From contig JBHLOC010000002.1 in NCBI GenBank assembly GCA_048940925.1, positions 96,001 through 160,000 on the forward strand: DNA of 64,000 nt, given 5' to 3'. Each line of letters begins with the position of its first letter. Position 1 is the stretch's first letter. The notes beneath the pieces were generated by a model. It searched no databases and was not told the DNA's origin. It was given only the letters and a program-made list of their open reading frames with translations. This DNA is from Promethearchaeota archaeon (GTDB lineage: Archaea > Asgardarchaeota > Lokiarchaeia > Sigyniarchaeales > SOKP01). Positions 61,886 through 64,000 of the stretch are shown piece by piece. The position numbers and the translations under genes were made by a program.

Positions 61886-61983
61886 AATAACTATTTTCTA
61901 AATGAGTAAAAAATTCATATTTCAGTTTCCTATTAACTTTAGAATATTTTATTTTCATCCTTCTTTATGGATAGGTATAAAAT

Positions 61984-62415
61984 GGTAAATTCAGCATCTC
62001 TTTTCAATGAAAATTCAGTGAAAATTACAGTATTGAACTTATGTCAATTTATCAAAAATGAGGAATTTGAACCTACTTGATATTTTCACGGGTGTTACAA
62101 TAGTAAACAGTCAAGAAACAGTTGAAAGGATAAGAAAAGAAAGGAATATCCTAAAAGCTAATATGAAATATCTATTTATGGGAACTCCTGAAGAGATTAA
62201 AGAAAAAATAAAAGAAGCTGAAAATTTAGGTATCAACAAAATGGTTATAGCAATAGTAAGTCCTGACATTGAAGATCCTATTGACATCTTTAGCAGAGAA
62301 ATAATGTGATAAATTTTAATCTGATGTTAATGAGATTGATTTTAAATCTTTTAAATCTCGATTTTTATTTATTTTTCATGAAAGGTAAATTCAGCGTCTG
62401 ATTTCTATGAAAATT
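61984..62415 (+). repeat. 32-bp imperfect direct repeat (61984-62015 and 62384-62415)
   Basis: GGTAAATTCAGC[A/G]TCT[CT/GA]TTTC[A/T]ATGAAAATT, 4 mismatches, 400 bp apart. Confidence 0.65.
62058..62309 (+). pseudogene. C-terminal fragment of an LLM-class (luciferase-like) oxidoreductase
   Basis: LFMGTPEEIKEKIKEAENLGI...FSREIM; N-terminal barrel absent. Confidence 0.5.
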
Positions 62416-63031
62416 TATTTTGAAGGATAGATAAAAAAAACCGATTGAATTTAATTCTGTAATTTCGCCTTGGACCTTAATAGAGAATATAATATTTAAT
62501 TACTAATCTACCATTTTCAAGTAACAAATTAGACTTAATTTTGAAATAAGAAATTAATAATAGAATTAGAATCAAATTTTAAACTTGAATGTATACTCTT
62601 TTTCCATTACCTACATGAATAACATGAATTTTGATCAATTCCATTATTTTTTATGAATATTGAGTGGGAAATAGATCACCAAATCTTAATTTATTATCAT
62701 TAATAAACAGAATGCAGATAATGAATAATTATTAGAAATAATATTGCCCAGATCAATTATTCTTTTGAGAAAAAGTTCTGATTTTGATCTCCTCTCCTGA
62801 GATTCTTAATAAAAATTAACAAAATATCCATAAAGGCAAAGAAAGCAAAGTACTTATGACCAGTTAGAAAAACATTGCGTTGAAAAATGTTTGGACTTGA
62901 TCATTTACAAAGTGAAGAATGATCGAAATCTAGCATTCTTCATAAAAATATTTATATAATTTCATTTCTTTATTTTTAAATCAACGGTGAGATAACAAAT
63001 TTTTATTTAAAAAATTAAGAAGTGTTAAGTT

Positions 63032-64000
63032 ATGGAGGGATCTGTATTAGTAATTGGAGGAGGTATTGCGGGAATCCAAACATCTTTAGATTTAACTGAA
63101 TTAGGATTTAAAGTGTATTTAGTAGAAAAAACACCCTCAATTGGAGGGAGAATGGCTCAACTTGATAAAACATTCCCTACAAATGATTGTAGTTTATGTA
63201 TTCTTGCCCCGAAAATGGTGGAAGTATTTAGAAATCCTAATATTGAATTAATGACTTATCATGAAGTTCAAAAGATTTCTGGAAAAGCTGGAAATTTTAA
63301 TGTTACTGTTCTTAAGAAACCACGTTATATAGATGAGACAAAATGTAAAGGATGTGGGGATTGCGCGACCAAATGTCCAAAGATTGAAACCCCTAATATT
63401 TTTGATATGAATTTAGGCAAAAGAAAATCTGTTTACATACCGTTTCCTCAGGCAGTACCTCCTATATATTTAATTGACTCTGAATTATGTTTAAAACTCA
63501 CAAAAGGAGTATGCGGAGTCTGTGAAAAAGTTTGCAAGGCAGAAGCAATAGATTATGAACAACAACCCCAAGAAATCAAATTAAATGTTGGTGCTATCGT
63601 TGTTGCCACAGGATTTGATGTATTAGGGAAGGAATTATCCTCAAGATGGGGATATAGTTATAAGAATGTAGTTAATGCGTTAGAATATGAACGAATGTTA
63701 TCTGCTTCTGGACCTTTTGAAGGTCATATTCTACGTCCAAGCGATGAAAAAGAGCCAGAAATAATTGCATTTATTCAATGTGCTGGATCAAGGGATTTAC
63801 GTGAAGGAATTCCATATTGTTCAAGTGTATGTTGTATGTACACTGCTAAAGAAGCAATCATAACCCGGGAACACTCTGAAAATTCAAAATGCTTTGTGTT
63901 TAGGCATGATGTTAGAGCTTTCGGTAAAAATTTCTATGAGTATACCCAGAGAGCTCAAGAGGAATATGGGGTAAAATATTTTCAGACTAAAATTAGTAGA
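63032..64000 (+). CDS. hdrA: HdrA-like flavoprotein, Cys form (runs off the window end)
   Basis: ATG 63032, MEGSVLVIGGGIAGIQTSLDL..., FPTNDCSLC; very similar to the 54558 copy. Confidence 0.88.
   Translation, partial: MEGSVLVIGGGIAGIQTSLDLTELGFKVYLVEKTPSIGGRMAQLDKTFPTNDCSLCILAPKMVEVFRNPNIELMTYHEVQKISGKAGNFNVTVLKKPRYIDETKCKGCGDCATKCPKIETPNIFDMNLGKRKSVYIPFPQAVPPIYLIDSELCLKLTKGVCGVCEKVCKAEAIDYEQQPQEIKLNVGAIVVATGFDVLGKELSSRWGYSYKNVVNALEYERMLSASGPFEGHILRPSDEKEPEIIAFIQCAGSRDLREGIPYCSSVCCMYTAKEAIITREHSENSKCFVFRHDVRAFGKNFYEYTQRAQEEYGVKYFQTKISR

Noticed and set aside
62913-62942. Hairpin TGAAGAATG/CATTCTTCA as a second SECIS
   Set aside because: No tandem GA/AG quartet, and the neighbouring genes have no in-frame TGA in the visible sequence.
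1-64000. CRISPR arrays, tRNA/rRNA genes, IS elements, prophage genes
   Set aside because: No regularly spaced repeats, GC-rich structural RNA tracts, transposase or integrase motifs recognised by eye. tRNAscan/Infernal would be needed to exclude small RNAs.

Overview
AT-rich archaeal chromosomal window whose gene content strongly suggests Asgard archaea (Lokiarchaeota-like). This is inferred from gene families, not from a marker gene. (1) A eukaryote-like ubiquitin module (Ub-GGS, E2, E1, JAB/MPN), co-oriented with three tandem longin-(pseudo)GTPase fusions and close to a membrane-anchored C4C4 RING-like protein. (2) A GTPase/trafficking-type neighbourhood: two Rab-like GTPases, a TPR-longin fusion, an MglA-like GTPase, a Rag-like GTPase, an arrestin/Vps26-like protein, a PCI-like protein and two wHTH-TPR regulators with a shared palindromic operator. 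(3) Duplicated 7TM-DHp sensors lacking an ATPase domain, next to a receiver gene. (4) A sulfur-relay/Fe-S cluster (MoeB/UbaA-type E1, TusA, IscU, IscS, MoaD/SAMP, DsrE). (5) A heterodisulfide-reductase supercluster of about 16 kb. Its first two genes are selenoproteins that the ORF track fragments: HdrA with 4 in-frame UGA (48120..50063) and MvhD/VhuD with 2 in-frame UGA (50067..50537). They are followed by one eukaryote-like SECIS whose AUGA core contains the VhuD stop codon, and by Cys-only paralogues further downstream. No rRNA, tRNA, CRISPR array or transposase was recognised.
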